Positions 13,231 through 27,789 are shown, counted from the first letter of the stretch. The stretch: 64,000 bases of DNA from Octopus vulgaris (GCA_951406725.2 OX597818.1:136834001-136898000), one strand, 5' to 3'. Notes: generated from the sequence alone by a model not told the origin. Numbers and translations: made by a program.

Positions 13231-14290
13231 AATTAAAGAATTCAAATAATTGTTAGGAGACAGTGTAGAAGAAAGTGTGTATTGCTGGTAACGTAATACC
13301 GATTTCTGTAGAAATGGTCAAGTGACTTGGCAGATGTGACAAGAAGGTCATGGATGGATTTCAGTTTGGAATATGTTAAAGAGGTTATAACTCAGCTTCA
13401 TAAAAATTCCTCGTAATGCATAGCACCTTAACACAGATAATTAAATATTTACTTTCACAAACAAACGCTGAATTCTGTCAGCTTTTTTCAGAAAAAATTG
13501 GTTTTGAAATATGTTGCCTATGACAGAATACTGTAATTCTCTTTCTTGTAGCCATGGCAACGAAGTGCAATGCATTTAATATTGATTAATGATCGGAGAA
13601 AAGATAATGTTCTAAGTTAATTTGATCAGCAAAATGGGATGGTGGCTCAATTGTAGCATATTTGGGTAGAGACCGTAGTGTTTAACACAGAAATACTAGC
13701 AATGCTGAATAAGGGAGAGTCTATGTGGTCAGCTGATTTGCAAGATATAGCAGCCAAAGCTTCCTCAATTCTACCCTTTAAGAAAATAGAAAGGACTTGC
13801 CAAATAATGTAGTCCGAAATAATACAAAAAGATAGGATAGTCACGGCTGGAATGTCTCTGATCATAGATCTGCTTAATCAGGGTTGACCTGGGTTACAGA
13901 ACAACGACAAGGGAGTCACATAGCAGTCACATTTTCCGCTGGAAATAGTAACTAAATTACTTTCAAAGCTCATTCACTGACTAAAGGAAGGATATATCTG
14001 ATAATGAGGTCCTAGGATACACTAATAACTGAAACAAAGATGGAGGTGGTTTTTATATGGCAACAGGTGTCATATATCATAAGTTCACCTGACAAAGACT
14101 TATTAGGGCTCACTGACATGTAGATGGTATATGGAAGTAAAATTGGTTAAAATGCTAGGAATTATCAATGATGGTTGCACTTAAGAATTTTGTTTCTTAT
14201 TTCAGATCAGCAAACATTTAGAATAAAAAGACAGACAACAAACTTCTTATCCATAACTAACATAGCATCCTGTGAAAATTTAACATATAT

Positions 14291-14462
14291 AGGCACAGGA
14301 GTGGCTGTGTGGTAAGTAGCTTGCTAACCAACCACATGGTTCCGGGTTCAGTCCCACTGTGTGGCATCTTGGGCAAGTGTCTTCTGCTATAGCCCCGGGC
14401 CGACCAATGCCTTGTGAGTGGATTTGGTAGACAGAAACTGAAAGAAGCCTGTCGTATATATG

Positions 14463-14493
<31 letters not shown>

Positions 14494-14720
14494 ATATGTT
14501 TGTGTGTCTGTGTTTGTCCCCCTAGCATTGCTTGACAACCGATGCTGGTGTGTTTATGTTCCTGTTACTTAGCGGTTCGGCAAAAGAGACCGATAGAATA
14601 AGTACTGGGCTTACAAAAGAATAAGTCCCGGGGTCGATTTGCTTGACTAAAGGCGGTGCTCCAGCATGGACGCAGTCAAATGACTGAAACAAGTAAAAGA
14701 GTAAAAAGAGTAAAAGAGTA
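14291..14720 (+). mobile_element. SINE family A, full length
   Basis: Near-identical to 12830-13230. Confidence 0.9.
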
Positions 14721-15115
14721 TATCTCTAAAACATTTATTTAGCCATTTGATGATTATTTGTTGAAATTTTCCGAGAGAAGTCACTGTGATAATTTTTGAC
14801 TTTCTGAACCATTTATACTTATTTATTGCCTTTTTTGCTTCTGTTGTAGTGATTCATAATACAGCAGATGATATCTTAGAAGTTCAGTGTTTCTTATCAA
14901 TCTTATTAGCCAATCAGAGATGAGTAATCTATCAACCATTTTGGTTATATAAACTATAACCATGTTAAAGGCTGGAAATAGAAACTAAACACTCCTCCAT
15001 GTGAGAAACAGTTTAGCCTTCTGCAAAATATTCTATGTTATTTGTATGGAGTATGTGGGGTGCACTCTTTGCGTTTGTTTAATTCATACAGACATGAAGT
15101 TATAACATCAACTAT

Positions 15116-15559
15116 AGGTGCAGGAGTGGCAGTGTGGTAAGTAGCTTGTTTACCAACCACATGGTTCCGGGTTCAGTCCCACTGCATGGCACCTTGGGCA
15201 AGTGTCTTCTTCTATAGCCTCGGGCCTACCAAAGCCTTGCGAGTGGATTTGGTAGACGGAAACTGAAAGAAGTCCGTCGTATATATGTATGTGTATATAT
15301 ATATATATATATATCATCATCATCATCATCATTTAACGTGTGTGTGATGTTTGTGTCTGTGTTTGTCCCTCTAGCATTGCTTGACAACCGATGCTGGTGT
15401 GTTTATGTCCCCGTAACTTAGCGGTTCGGCAAAAGAGACCGATAGAATAAGTACTGGGCTTACAAAAGAATAAGTCCTGGGGTTGAGTTGCTCGATTAAA
15501 GGCAGTGCTCCAGCATGGCCGCAGTCAAATGACTGAAACAAGTAAAAAAAAAGAGAGTA
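15116..15559 (+). mobile_element. SINE family A, full length
   Basis: Near-identical to other A copies; a short (CAT)n-TTTAACG fragment lies in the internal microsatellite. Confidence 0.9.
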
Positions 15560-15920
15560 TGCTGAGTCACTGAGTACCCACAGTGATTAAATATTTTGCT
15601 TAAATGAACTAAGACTTTACCGACCAGGTATATGTCCACCTGGATGGTATTTGATTGACTCTTGAACCACAGTTAACCACAACTATCATCAAATCCGAGA
15701 TGACATGTAACCACAAATAGTGTACATGTATGGGCTAAAAAACAGGAACAAAGTAATCTTCTGTTTGAGAGACAAAGTTTAGCCTCGTTTTAGAAAGAAC
15801 ATTTTATCAAAGAACTTTCTGTTTACACCATGTTTGTTTATTATTTTGTGGTTTAGTGAATGGTTTTCTCTGGATGTTTTTTTTTTCTTCCTTTGCTTTC
15901 CAAGCATTATGGCAAGTAAT

Positions 15921-16102
15921 AGGCGCAGGAGTGGCTGTGTGGTAAGTAGCTTGCTTACCAACCACATGGTTCAGGGTTCAGTCCCACTGCGTGGCACCTT
16001 GGGCAAGTGTCTTCTACTATAGGCTCGGGCCGACCAAAGCCTTGTGAGTGGATTTGGTAGACGGAAACTGAAAGAAGCCCGTCGTATATATGAATGTATG
16101 TG

Positions 16103-16139
<37 letters not shown>

Positions 16140-16361
16140 TTGTGTGTATATGTTTGTGTGTCTGTGTTTGTCCCCCCCAACATCACTTGACAACCGATGC
16201 GGGTGTGTTTACGTCTCCGTAACTTAGCAGTTCGGCAAAAGAGACCGATAGAATAAGTACTGGGCTTACAAAGAATAAGTCCCGGGGTCGATTTGCTCGA
16301 CTAAAGGCGGTGCTCCAGCATGGCCACAGTCAAATGACTGAAACAAGTAAAAGAGAGAGTA
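15921..16361 (+). mobile_element. SINE family A, full length
   Basis: Near-identical to other A copies. Confidence 0.9.
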
Positions 16362-16505
16362 ATACTTCAAGGAGTGAGTTAGAATTCAGTGATACTATTT
16401 ATTAATGACTTAATTAGTGAAAGAGAGTGTGGAATTGAAGTAAAAAACAAAAAAAACCCACAGTAAATGTTTCAGTGTCACCAGGACACCAGCATGTAAT
16501 TTATA

Positions 16506-16826
16506 TTGGAATTTATTGATTCAGAGCAGGAGTGGAATGGTCACATTGTTAATCATTGTACTGATGCTTGCATTAGTGATGAGGGCCCTAAAACACCTTT
16601 GAACTTAGAAGTAAAACCTGTTGAATATTTTCTTCAAAATTTTCCTGAAAATGTTTTTGTCAGGATAAACAATGGAACCACAGGGTGTGTGTGTGTGTGT
16701 CAACCAGGTAATTCTATCTTTATTACATCAATGCAGGAGATGAAAGTGTGTCTCAGAATTCTTCTTTTAATGATAATGGTACAGTTTCTAAGTTATAGAG
16801 ACAGAGGAACACAAATTCGGCTTTGA
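16506..16826 (+). pseudogene. piggyBac-like transposase N-terminal remnant
   Basis: ORF contains PVEYFLQNFPENVF...TSMQEMKVCLRILLLM...SYRD, resembling the P..YF..FF / T..E.K.F.GI.L.M / RDYW blocks of piggyBac transposases. Confidence 0.55.
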
Positions 16827-16863
16827 GACAGGGAAGCAATACCCAGGAAACCATATCTTCAAG

Positions 16864-17053
16864 ACTATTGAAAAGGTTGCAAGACGCAATGAAAATTTTA
16901 GGAAAATAAAAAGACGAAATAAGTGGAAATTTTACCGGTGAGTGTGTTAAATAATAAAGTACTAAAAGAGAATGACTCTCCCCAGACACAACAGAATATG
17001 CTTCAACACACAAACTCATATAAAGAATCTTGCAAACCAAATCCAAAAACAAA
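16864..17053 (+). mobile_element. Single arm of the fold-back element seen at 23041-23347
   Basis: ACTATTGAAAAGGTTGCAAGAC...CCCCAGACACAACAGAATAT...CTTGCAAACCAAATCCAAAAA is shared with that element. Confidence 0.75.
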
Positions 17054-17748
17054 ACATATTTAGAAATATATGTGGAAACATCTGTGTAATCAACTTAACT
17101 GTATTTAATCTACCTAAGTAATCAAAAGTGACACGACAACAGTAAAAACAGCATTTGCAATATTCATCAAAAATCATTACATCCTAATTAATGTAATAGA
17201 TATATTTTTATGATTTTTCTTCTAAACTAATTGTTTTTCATCAAAATCTCTAGTTTCTAAAAGGAATATGAGATTTACATAGAAAAAGCACTTTAATTTA
17301 AGAGTTTAGCTTTCCGTCATAAAATATTCCTCCGATAGATCTCGAAGTATCTTTCACGGCAGTTATGAATTTTTGATAATATAAAATGTCACCACTTTAC
17401 TCTTTGATCCATTCAAAGTTAATTTATAGACCAGCTATTTCAAACGTCAGCATCTACTACATATTGTGTGGATAAATGAGTAACTGTCTTTAGTTCAACA
17501 GCAGCTGAATAAGTGAAGAGTCACTCGAACAGCAAGGTACCTGGCAAAGTATCTTTATTCTCTATACTCGTTTCAGTCATTTGTTTGTGGCCATGCTGCA
17601 ACAGTGATAAATATTTCATATTTTCTTTACATATTTGAGGTTCAGTCTTCCAATTTATTTACACAAAGCCACAACACTAACCACCAGCTGGGTTATTGTG
17701 CACACTTAGTTGAACTCAGACTATACTGAGGTTCAAGTGTACCTCACT

Positions 17749-17801
<53 letters not shown>

Positions 17802-18260
17802 AGATATTCATCAAAATCATCATCATTTAATATCTTATCTTTTTTTTTAATCTTTTACTGGTTTCAGCTCAGCGCTGAGGTCATGCTAGTGCACCATCTG
17901 TAGTTACTCTGTATTGCTTCTGGTATTGTTGTTGGTGATGGAGCTCTCTTCTTTGTGCCACCTTCTGTGATGTGGGTTCATCTGGTATCATCATCATCAT
18001 CATCGTTTAGCGTGTGCTTTCCATGCTGGCATGGGTTGGATGATTAAACTGGGGTGTGGGAAGCCAGAAGGCTGCACCAGGCCCAGTCTGATCTGGCAAT
18101 GTTTCTACGGCTGGATGCCCTTCACCTGTCCAGATGCTCCTTGAAAAATTCCACATCAACACCATGTAGATCTCTATGGTTGCCTGGCAAGATGTAGAAC
18201 AATTGCAGGCTCAGGCTCTTGAAACCAACCCAGACTATTGCAGTACTGTGTACTGTGTAT

Positions 18261-18425
18261 GGAGGCGCAATGGCCTAGTGGTTAGGGCAGCGGACTCGCG
18301 GTCGTAGGATCGTGGTTTCGATTCCCAGACAGGGCGTTGTGAGTGTTTATTGAGTGAAAACACCTTAAAGCTCCACGAGGCTCCGGCAGGGGATGGTGGT
18401 GATCCCTGCTGTACTCTTTCACCAC
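18261..18425 (+). mobile_element. SINE family C 5' part fused to an A-like tail
   Basis: GGAGGCGCAATGGCCTAGTGGTTAGGGCAGCGGACTCGCGG head, as at 40950. Confidence 0.8.
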
Positions 18426-18485
18426 TTAAACGGCGGTGCATCAGCATGACCGCAGCTCTGAGCTGAAACTAGAAAAAAAAAAAAT

Positions 18486-18521
<36 letters not shown>

Positions 18522-18712
18522 GTATATATGTCTTTGTGTGTGTGTGTGTGCAAAAGTGTACCCCCTGAACCTACCACATAGTAGAATACCATGATCTAAA
18601 TAAAGAATAAATATGTAAATAAAGAGATTAAGTTAATAGTGCAAACAATATTGGTTATTGTTGTAATAACAGGGTTAGTCAATAGTTTATCATGGAAGTA
18701 GATAATGTGAGA

Positions 18713-18747
<35 letters not shown>

Positions 18748-18892
18748 GGAGGTTGTAGCAAAAAACACACACACATCACACACTGTGGAAAATGAATGGA
18801 TATGTGTGTGAATGTGTGTGTGTGTGTGTGGAGAAAGAGATAATGAATATATGAATGGTGGCAACATATACAAACATGCACTGCATATGAGA

Positions 18893-19133
18893 GTGTGTGT
18901 ATGTATGTATATATGTATGTATGTATGTATGTATGTGTGTGTATATGTGTGTGTGTATGTGTGTGTGTATGTGTGTGTGTATGTGTGTATGTATGTGTGT
19001 GTGTGTATGTATGTGTGTGTGTGTGTGTGTATATGTATGTATGTATGTATGTATGTGTGTGTATGTATGTATGTATGTGTGTATGTATGTGTGTGTGTAT
19101 GTGTGTGTGCATGTGTGTGTATGTATGTATGTA

Positions 19134-19165
<32 letters not shown>

Positions 19166-19221
19166 TGTATGTGTATGTGTGTGTGTATGTGTGTATGTAT
19201 ATGTGTATGTATGTGTATGTA

Positions 19222-19262
<41 letters not shown>

Positions 19263-19785
19263 GTGTATGTATGTATGTGTGTGTGTATGTGTGTGTGTAT
19301 GTGTGTATGTGTGTATGTGTGTATGTATGTGTGTATGTATGTATGTGTGTATGTATGTATGTGTGTGTGTGTGTGTGTATGTATGTGTGTATGTATGTAT
19401 GTATGTGTGTATGTGTGTGTGTATGTGTATGTGTGTGTGTGTGTGTGTATGTGTGTGTGTATGTGTGTATGTATGTGTATGTATGTGTGTGTGTATGTGT
19501 GTATGTGTGTGTATGTATGTATGTATGTATGTATGTATGTATGTGTGTATGTATGTATGTATGTATGTATGTGTGTGTGTATGTGTGTGTGTGTGTATGT
19601 ATGTGTGTATGTATGTGTGTATGTATGTATGTATGTATGTATGTATGTATGTATGTATGTATGTATGTATGTATGTATGTGTATGTGTATGTATGTATGT
19701 ATGTGTGTATGTATGTGTGTATGTATGTATGAGTGTATATGTATGTATGTATGTATGTGTGTATATATGTGTGTATGTATGTATG
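18893..19785. repeat. Compound (GT)n/(ATGT)n microsatellite, about 0.9 kb
   Basis: Source of the 300-440 aa His-Thr and Cys-Val ORFs. Confidence 0.95.
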
Positions 19786-20063
19786 AGTGCACATATAAGC
19801 GAGAAAGAGGGAGGAGAAGACAATGAAAGGAAATGAATATTTACAGCACACACACACACACACATGGAGTCTGTAAAGAGGAGGAAAAAGATAAGAGAAT
19901 GAGAGAGAAAGAGAAGAGATGGGTAGTGGTTGCAGTGGTGAGTGGAAATATGAGAGAGAGTAAGATATGGTCTACATATACATACATACATACATACATT
20001 CATACATACAGAAACAGGCATTGAAACACATTAATAATTGCCTCTTTTATTTTTTCTCTTTTA

Positions 20064-20451
20064 TCTTTTACTTGTTTCAGTCATTTGACTGCGGCCATGC
20101 TGGAGCACTGCCTTTAGTCGAGCAAATCGACCCTGGGACTTATTCTTTGTAAGCCCAGTACTTATTCTATCGGTCTCTTTTGCCGAACCGCTAAGTGACA
20201 GGGACGTAAACACACCAGCATCGGTTGTCAAGCAGTGCTAGGGGGACAAACACAGACACACATATATATATATATATACATATATACGACAGGCTTCTTT
20301 CTGTTTCCGTCTACCAAATCCACTCACAAGGCATTAGTCGGCCCGGGGCCTATAGCAGAAGACACTTGCCCAAGATGCCACACAGTGGGACTGAACCCGG
20401 AACCATATGGTTGGTAAGCAAGCTACTTACCACACAGCCACTCCTGCGCCT
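20064..20451 (-). mobile_element. SINE family A, full length
   Basis: Reverse complement of the A consensus. Confidence 0.9.
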
Positions 20452-21182
20452 GCGTACACACACATGCTAACAAATTTTGAAATAACTGTGGGAGAGGCAT
20501 AAAGCACAGGACATCAATATTTTCACACACACGCAAATGTATGTGGCTATACACATGCACACACACATATACACACACACACACACACAATTGCACTGAT
20601 TAACTTCTCCAAGACAAACAATTTCACAAGACATTTGTGATCACAGTAAGATAGTGTGTGTACTGCATGTGTATATGTATGTATGTATATGTATGTGTAC
20701 AGTGTGTGTATTCGTGCAGTGTGTGTGTGTGTTGTGTGTGTGTGTGTGTGTGTATGTGTGTATAAGCACATGTTTTCAAAACAAAATGAAAACCCTCAAA
20801 ATCTCCATCAAACGACAGAAACGTTTAGTAACAAAATAAACAGTGAGGTACTGAGTTCAAGCCTGATAAACAACACATCTATCCATTTATATATATATAT
20901 ATATATATACATCCATAGTTACCAATCCTTCTACGCACTGTATTTACTCCACTAATTCCAGCCACCATTGAACTACAAATATTTGTCAAGTCGTCAACGT
21001 TATTAAGTGGAAGCAGGTTATTAAGTCGAAGAACTCACTAATCAAACAAATTTACAGAACTGCTCAAATATTAATGAGGCTGATCAAATATTTTTGAATG
21101 AGTGATGTAGAAACTGGAGGAGTTCACCGATTCAGTGTGTCATATAGAATAGGTTTTCAGTTTTAAAGACAATGCTGTATGC

Positions 21183-21445
21183 ATCATCATCATCATCATC
21201 ATCATTTAGCGTCCGCTTTCCATGCTAGCATGGGTTGGACGGTTCAACTGGGGTCTGTGAAGCCAGAAGGCTGCATCAGGCCCCAGTCTGATCTGATCTG
21301 GCAGTGTTTCTACGGCTGGATGCCCTTCCTAACGCCAACCACTCCGTGAGTGTAGTGGGTGCTTTTTACGTGCCACCCGCACAGGTGCCAGACGGAGCTG
21401 GCAAACGGCCACGGACGGATGGTCCTTTTTACGTGCCACCAGCAG
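21183..21445 (-). mobile_element. Family D element (RTE 3' end)
   Basis: (CAT)n tail plus D consensus. Confidence 0.8.
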
Positions 21446-22611
21446 ATGGATGTTGTATTTTGTTACAACCTCCATCTCCCTCTCTCTCTCTCTCTCTCAT
21501 TCACTCATTCCTTTGACCGATTTCTTTTACTATTTTATTTGTTTTAGTCATTTGACTGTGGCCATTCTGGAGCACCACATTAAGGGGTTTTAGTTGAACA
21601 AACCAACCCTAGGACTTATTCTTTGTGAACTTAGTACTTATTCTATCGTTTTTTTTTTGCCGAACTGCTAAGTTACTGGGACATAAACATACCATCATTG
21701 GTTGTCAAGCGATGGTGGGGGACAAACACGGACACAAACACACAAATATATACAAACATACATACAAATATATATATATACATTTTATTGATTACTTAAG
21801 TTCAGCTATCTGTAAAGGGACATAACTACAATAGAATATATACTGCTATTTCTAGTGGGCAAGCATCTATCATTGATGAGACCAAAGAAGGTAGAAACAT
21901 ATCATCTGATGATGTCGGTGGTGGGTATTTATCTCCCTGCTAGCGATATAACCAAGTGTGCATTTTTTATCAAAAGCCAATATGAGAGTTTCTCATATAT
22001 CTACCGCAGCATAGTTTGTTTTAATAGAATTTCCACATTTAAGTGGGGATAAACACTGCAAAGTACATTCATACTAGCATTCCTTCACCAGCAGACACAC
22101 ACAATAAGCTTCTGCACAGTTTCCACCAACAGAATCTTCCTTCCATCAGACCCAGCTTCCTTCCCTATTACCATCTCTATCACAGCCACCTTTCCCACCC
22201 AACAGATGCTGCTCTTTATTTACATCACCAGAGAATGACTGCCACCAGCCCCTCCCTCTACACATCATCAACTGATACCACTGCAAATACTCTGGTCACT
22301 TCCTCTACTCCACCTTACATGTGTTACCTAACATCCTAGCTGTAATGTTTAATATGCAACAGATGTAGATTTCCAGCTACATTTCTTATCTATTATCCCA
22401 ATTACAATATTCCTGATGCATATTATATTCAAGGAAGAAAACACCAATATTTCTCAAACACAAACGCATTCACAAATGAACCAGTGAAGGAGCCTCCATG
22501 TAGCATTTAATGCTGGTAGAAATATCAGATGTTCTTTAAATCACACTCTACTAAGAATGCATGAGCCAATGAGGAAACCTGTACATAGTTATTAGTACTG
22601 ATAAATATAGT

Positions 22612-23030
22612 CATCATCATCATCGTTTAACGTCCGTTTTCCGCGCTAGCACAGGTTGGACGGTTCGACCGGGGTCTGGGAAGCCAAGGCTGCACCAGGC
22701 TCCAGTCTGGATCTGGCAGTGTTTCCACAGCTGGATGCCCTTCCTAACGCCAACCACTCCGTGAGTGTAGTGGGTGCTTTTTACGTGCCACCTGCACAGG
22801 TGCCAGGTGGGGTCTGGCATCAGCCACGATCGGTTGGTGCTTTTAATGTGCCACCGGCACAGAAGCCAGTCGAGGCGGCGCTGGCAACGGCCACGTTCGG
22901 ATGGTGCTTTTTATGTGCCACTGACACAGGTATCACAACTACTATTTCCATTGATATTTGTTTCAATGTTCGTGTACATGCACTTGACTCAACAGGTCTC
23001 CTCAAGCACAGCGAGACGTTCCGGGATTCA
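22612..23030 (-). mobile_element. Family D element extending into the RTE ORF end
   Basis: Three internal TGCTTTTTACGTGCCACC subrepeats. 22980-23030 matches the ORF-terminal GCTGTGCTTGAG.AGAC seen at 24330. Confidence 0.8.
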
Positions 23031-23040
23031 TAGTTATTAA

Positions 23041-23347
23041 ATTTCATTTTTGGATTTGGTTTGCAAGATTCTTTATATGAGTTCGTGTGTTGAAACACAC
23101 TCACTGGTTATTATTTAACACACTCACTTTTCCACTTTTTCTTATTTTTCTTGTCCTGAAATTTTTGTTGCATCTTGCAACCTTTTCAATAGTTTTGACT
23201 CTCTATTGAAAAACTATTGAAAAGGTTGCAAGACCCACCGAAAATTTTAGGACAATAAAAATAAGAAAAAGTGGAAATTTTACCAGTGAGTGTGTTAAAT
23301 AATAAGGCACAAAAAGAAAATGACTCTCCCCAGACACAACAGAATAT
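23041..23347. mobile_element. Fold-back / MITE-like palindromic element
   Basis: Inverted arms at about 23110-23196 and 23210-23305 (TTGCAACCTTTTCAATAGTTTT / AAAACTATTGAAAAGGTTGCAA). Flanked by direct repeat ATAGTTATTAAATTT at about 23030-23045 and 23347-23360. Confidence 0.75.
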
Positions 23348-24224
23348 AGTTATTAAATTTGCCTCAAAATCACACCCTACTGTGTTATGTTATGTGTCTA
23401 AGTAGACTAGAAATACATCAACATGGTGGAGAATCTTAATATAAAATGCAACCATATCTCCCTCATATCACAGCTGCCTGTTCTACGTGCATATACATTT
23501 ATGAATTAACAAATGAATTCTATATTAATTCTACTATAAATTCAGCTCTAAGAGGTATATTATCAACATATAGCAAATTTATATATATTTACATAAAGTC
23601 TCTAATTATACCATCATAGATGATTGCAGTCTCCTTGGGATTCTGTGTTAAAAAATGCATTGGAATAATCTTCAAGTTTAATGACATAAGAACACACACA
23701 CACACACATATAGTGAAATTCCTTCAGTTTCTGTCAACCAAATTCACTCATATGTCATTGGTTGGCCTGGGTTTATAGTACAAATCAATTGCCCCAAATA
23801 GTACAACTGAACCCAAAACTACAGGGAACAATGTGAACCTCACACACACACACACACACATCTTTTAACTAGTATCAGTCAGTGGACTACAGCAATGTTG
23901 AGGCACTGCCTTAACTTGGGTATCTATTTTCAAGAATGCTACTTACTTTGTCTATCTACATTTGTCGATTTGCTAAGTTATGGATCTAAATAAAGAAGAG
24001 CACTAGTTTTATGTGATGTCAATACAAAAACAGATATGGGAACTGATATGGTTCCATGCCACCATCATGATCATCATCCTTCTTTCAGATGTCCACTTCT
24101 CAAGGCTTGCATTGGTCATATGGAATTCATTGAGAGGTAGATTTTCTACAGATGGATACCCTTCTTGTCACTAACACTTGCCGAGCTGCATCAAGAAGTG
24201 CTGACTTCTTATTGGGGCGGGAAC

Positions 24225-24685
24225 ATGTGAAAGGGATGGACCAAGGAAGACGTAGGATGAAGTGGTCAGAAAGATCCTCAAGCATCCTCTCACAGAGGGG
24301 ATGACAAAGAACTGAGACTTCTGGCAGTTTGCTGTGCTTGAGAAGACGTGTCACGCTGAGTAAAATTGTGACCATCCTTGCAGACAGGCATGTCCACTAC
24401 ATCTCTCTTCAGCTGAGTGATCCTAATCTTGTGAGCTTGTGGGTGCTGGTACCATGTAAAAAGCACTCATGCTGGTACCATCCATATAAAAGCACTTGTG
24501 CCAGTGCTGCATAAAAGCACCCAGTACACTCTGTAGAGTAGCTGGCATTAGGAAGGGCATCCAGCCATAGAAACCATGCCATGACAAACAAAATAGACCC
24601 TAGGTAGCTCTCTAGCTGGCCTGCTCCTGTCAAACTGTCCAACCCATGACAGCATGGAAAATGGACATTAAATGATAATGATGGA
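24225..24685 (+). mobile_element. RTE LINE 3' end continuing into family D sequence
   Basis: Decayed PRKT*DEVVRK...FWQFAVLEKT, then the D body and the ATGGACATTAAATGATAATGATG tail. Confidence 0.7.
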
Positions 24686-24778
24686 TGGATATGTTTTCAT
24701 GGAAGGCTGGAAATGAATCACTGCTTTTTATGGTGATAATGCTCATTTATAACCATCAAGCGATATTCAGACAATTAC

Positions 24779-24833
<55 letters not shown>

Positions 24834-25208
24834 CATACACACACAAACACATGCACACATACAACAGGCTTCTTTCAGCTTTTGTCTACCAAATATGTTC
24901 AAAAGGCTTTGGTCAACCTGAGGCTATAGTACAAAATACATACTCAAGGTACCACAGTTACAGACATAAGAACAAATATAGAGACAAACACACAAACGTG
25001 TGTGTGTGTTGATGCTTACCGGTGCTAACGGGAGATATGTCTCTTATTGTCGAAGACTCTGAGTTAGTCTTTTGATAAATAAAGACTGATTAAATAAAGA
25101 CCACTCTGAATGAAATAAGTACTGGGAATAACATGATTGATTAAAACTCTTGGAGGCAGTGCTCTAGCATGGCTGCAGACCAAGGACTGAAATAAGTAAA
25201 CAACACAC

Positions 25209-25244
<36 letters not shown>

Positions 25245-26167
25245 CACACGCATAGATAGTTACGCTTTATATGAATGTTAATGTTATATCTATTATATAG
25301 CTAACTAGTTTATGAAACAACTGTAAACAAATGGAATAGACATCTAGTCTCTCACCTCACTTCTCTTATTTGTTGTATTTATATAAATTTTCTCCATCAT
25401 TGTAGCTCCTGGATTTTCAGAACAATGTGATGGCTTACCCTAACCTTAAGCATGGAAATTCTTGTAAGCCATGCACTTGGTAGAGAGCTTAATGTAAGAT
25501 CTGTTTGATTCTTTGAATCCCTACTACTACAATATATATATATATACATACATACATACACACACACACACATGTGCACAGTGTGTGTGACAGCCAGTTG
25601 TATATAACATGATGTTTATTGATCACTTGGCTTGGAGACAAATGGGTGTGGAGTGGATGAAGATGGAACTTGTAGAGAATCTGAAGAAGGATATTAATCA
25701 GTAGAGATGGCTTGATTCAGTAGACCAAGTCAGTGTAGATGGAGAGATTTGTTGAAGAGAGAGGGAGGTAATAGGAAAGAGAGGGAGAGAGAGGGGAAGA
25801 GGAAGGAGAGAAAGGGAGAGCGAAAGAGGAGAGAGAAAATGAGAAAAAGAGGGGTAACGAAAGCGGGAAAGAAGGGTGAGAGAGATGAGGGGAGATGAGG
25901 AAGAGAGAAAAGGAAGGATAAGAGAGCTGGTGAGGGAGGGAGGAGGGATGGATACAGGAAGGGAGAAAGGCTAGAAAATTGGTGGAAATGGAGAGAGTGG
26001 AAAGAGAGCTGTTGAATAGGAGAGAGAGGATTATTAGGAAAAGGAGGAAGAAGAGAGAGAGAAAGAGGAGGAGAAAGAGGGAGAGAGTAAAAGGAGTAGG
26101 ATGTAGAAAGACTAGAAAGGCAGAGATAAGAGAGAATAGAAGAAATATGAGTATAGGCAGCAAATAG

Positions 26168-26660
26168 AGAAAGAGAGAGAGGAAGAGAGAAAGATGGGGG
26201 GGAAGAGAGAGAGGAAGAGAGAAAGAGGGGGGGGAAAGAGAGAGAGAAAGAGAGAAAGATGGGGGGAAAGAGAGAGAGGAAGAGAGAAAGATGGGGAGAA
26301 AGAGAGAGAGGAAGAGAGAAAGATGGGGAGAAAGAGAGAGAGGAAGAGAGAAAGATGGGGGGAAGAGAGAGAGGAAGAGAGAAAGATGGGGGAAAGAGAG
26401 AGAGGAAGAGAGAAAGATGGGAGGAAGAGAGAGAGGAAGAGAGAAAGATGGGAGGAAAGAGAGAGAGGAAGAGAGAAAGATGGGGGAAGAGAGAGAGGAA
26501 GAGAGAAAGATGGGGGGAAGAGAGAGAGGAAGAGAGAAAGATGGGGGAAAGAGAGAGAGGAAGAGAGAAAGATGGGGGAAAGAGAGAGAGGAAGAGAGAA
26601 AGATGGGGGAAGAGAGAGAGGAAGAGAGAAAGATGGGAGGAAAGAGAGAGAGGAAGAGAG
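26168..26660. repeat. 31-32 bp polypurine minisatellite (GAAAGAGAGAGAGGAAGAGAGAAAGATGGGG), about 15 copies
   Basis: Direct tandem repeats within the purine-rich tract 25740-26800. Confidence 0.9.
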
Positions 26661-27394
26661 ACAGAGAGAGAGAGAGGCGAAGATAGAAAGAAGGGGGAAG
26701 GGAAGAAGTAAAAAAAAACGCAGAAGAAGATGAAGAAATAGAAAAAGAAAAATGAAGTAAGGAAAAGAAGAAGGGGAGCAAGAGAAGAAGAAGAAGAAAC
26801 ATTACCCCCTTTTACACATATCTATGCGTTGCAATGATGTGTTTACATAGGGAAGCAAGCAAAAACAACACCTACTGTGCGTGTGTGTGTGTATGGGGAA
26901 CTTAAAACAAACATTGAGAGTATTACTAGATATTAATGGATGAGGGCACGCACGTACGGATATGCAAACATACATATACAGCCAAACGCACTCAGATATA
27001 CACGTACACATATGAGCAGTCTAATGCGCAGGCATACACGCATACGTATTCGCTAATGTGTATGTGTATGTATTCAGACTGTCTTTTGCATGCTCACAGG
27101 CAAACATGCAATCTGATTCACACACACAAGACACACACATACATACATACACACACACATTTATACACACACATATATATATTTTTACACATACACATAA
27201 ACAGATATATATACATATGTACATAAATAAATATAAACATAGATATATCTACATATATATATATCTACATATATATATATCTACATATATATATATATAT
27301 ATACATGCAAAGATAGATATATATACATGCAAAGATAGATATATATACATAGATATATAGATACATACATATAAGCATAGATATATATATACAT

Positions 27395-27433
<39 letters not shown>

Positions 27434-27599
27434 CATGCAAAGATAGATATATATATACATAGATATATACATACATACATATAAGCATAGATATATACAT
27501 GCATACAAAGATAGATATATATACATAGATATATACATACAAGTATAGATATATATACATATATATATATATATACATACACACACATATTATATATAT

Positions 27600-27789
27600 C
27601 ATCATCATCATCATCATCATCGTTTAGCGTCCGCTTTCCATGCTAGCATGGGTTGGACGGGTCAACTGGGGTCTGTGAAGCTGGAAGGCTTCGTCAGGCC
27701 CAGTCAGATCTGGCAGTGTTTCTACGGCTGGATGCCCTTCCTAACGCCAACCACTCCGCGAGTGTAGTGGGTGTTTTTTACGTGCCACC

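Noticed and set aside
17299-17372. Possible hammerhead (CGT..ACG-GAAA-GCT on the minus strand)
   Set aside because: No recognisable CUGANGA or covariant core upstream.
18679-20021. 300-440 aa His-Thr and Cys-Val ORFs
   Set aside because: Open in all six frames because the GT/ATGT microsatellite lacks stop codons.
26168-26660. Regular 31-bp repeats as a CRISPR array or an Arg/Glu-rich protein
   Set aside because: Head-to-tail low-complexity units with no spacers and no cas genes, in eukaryotic context.
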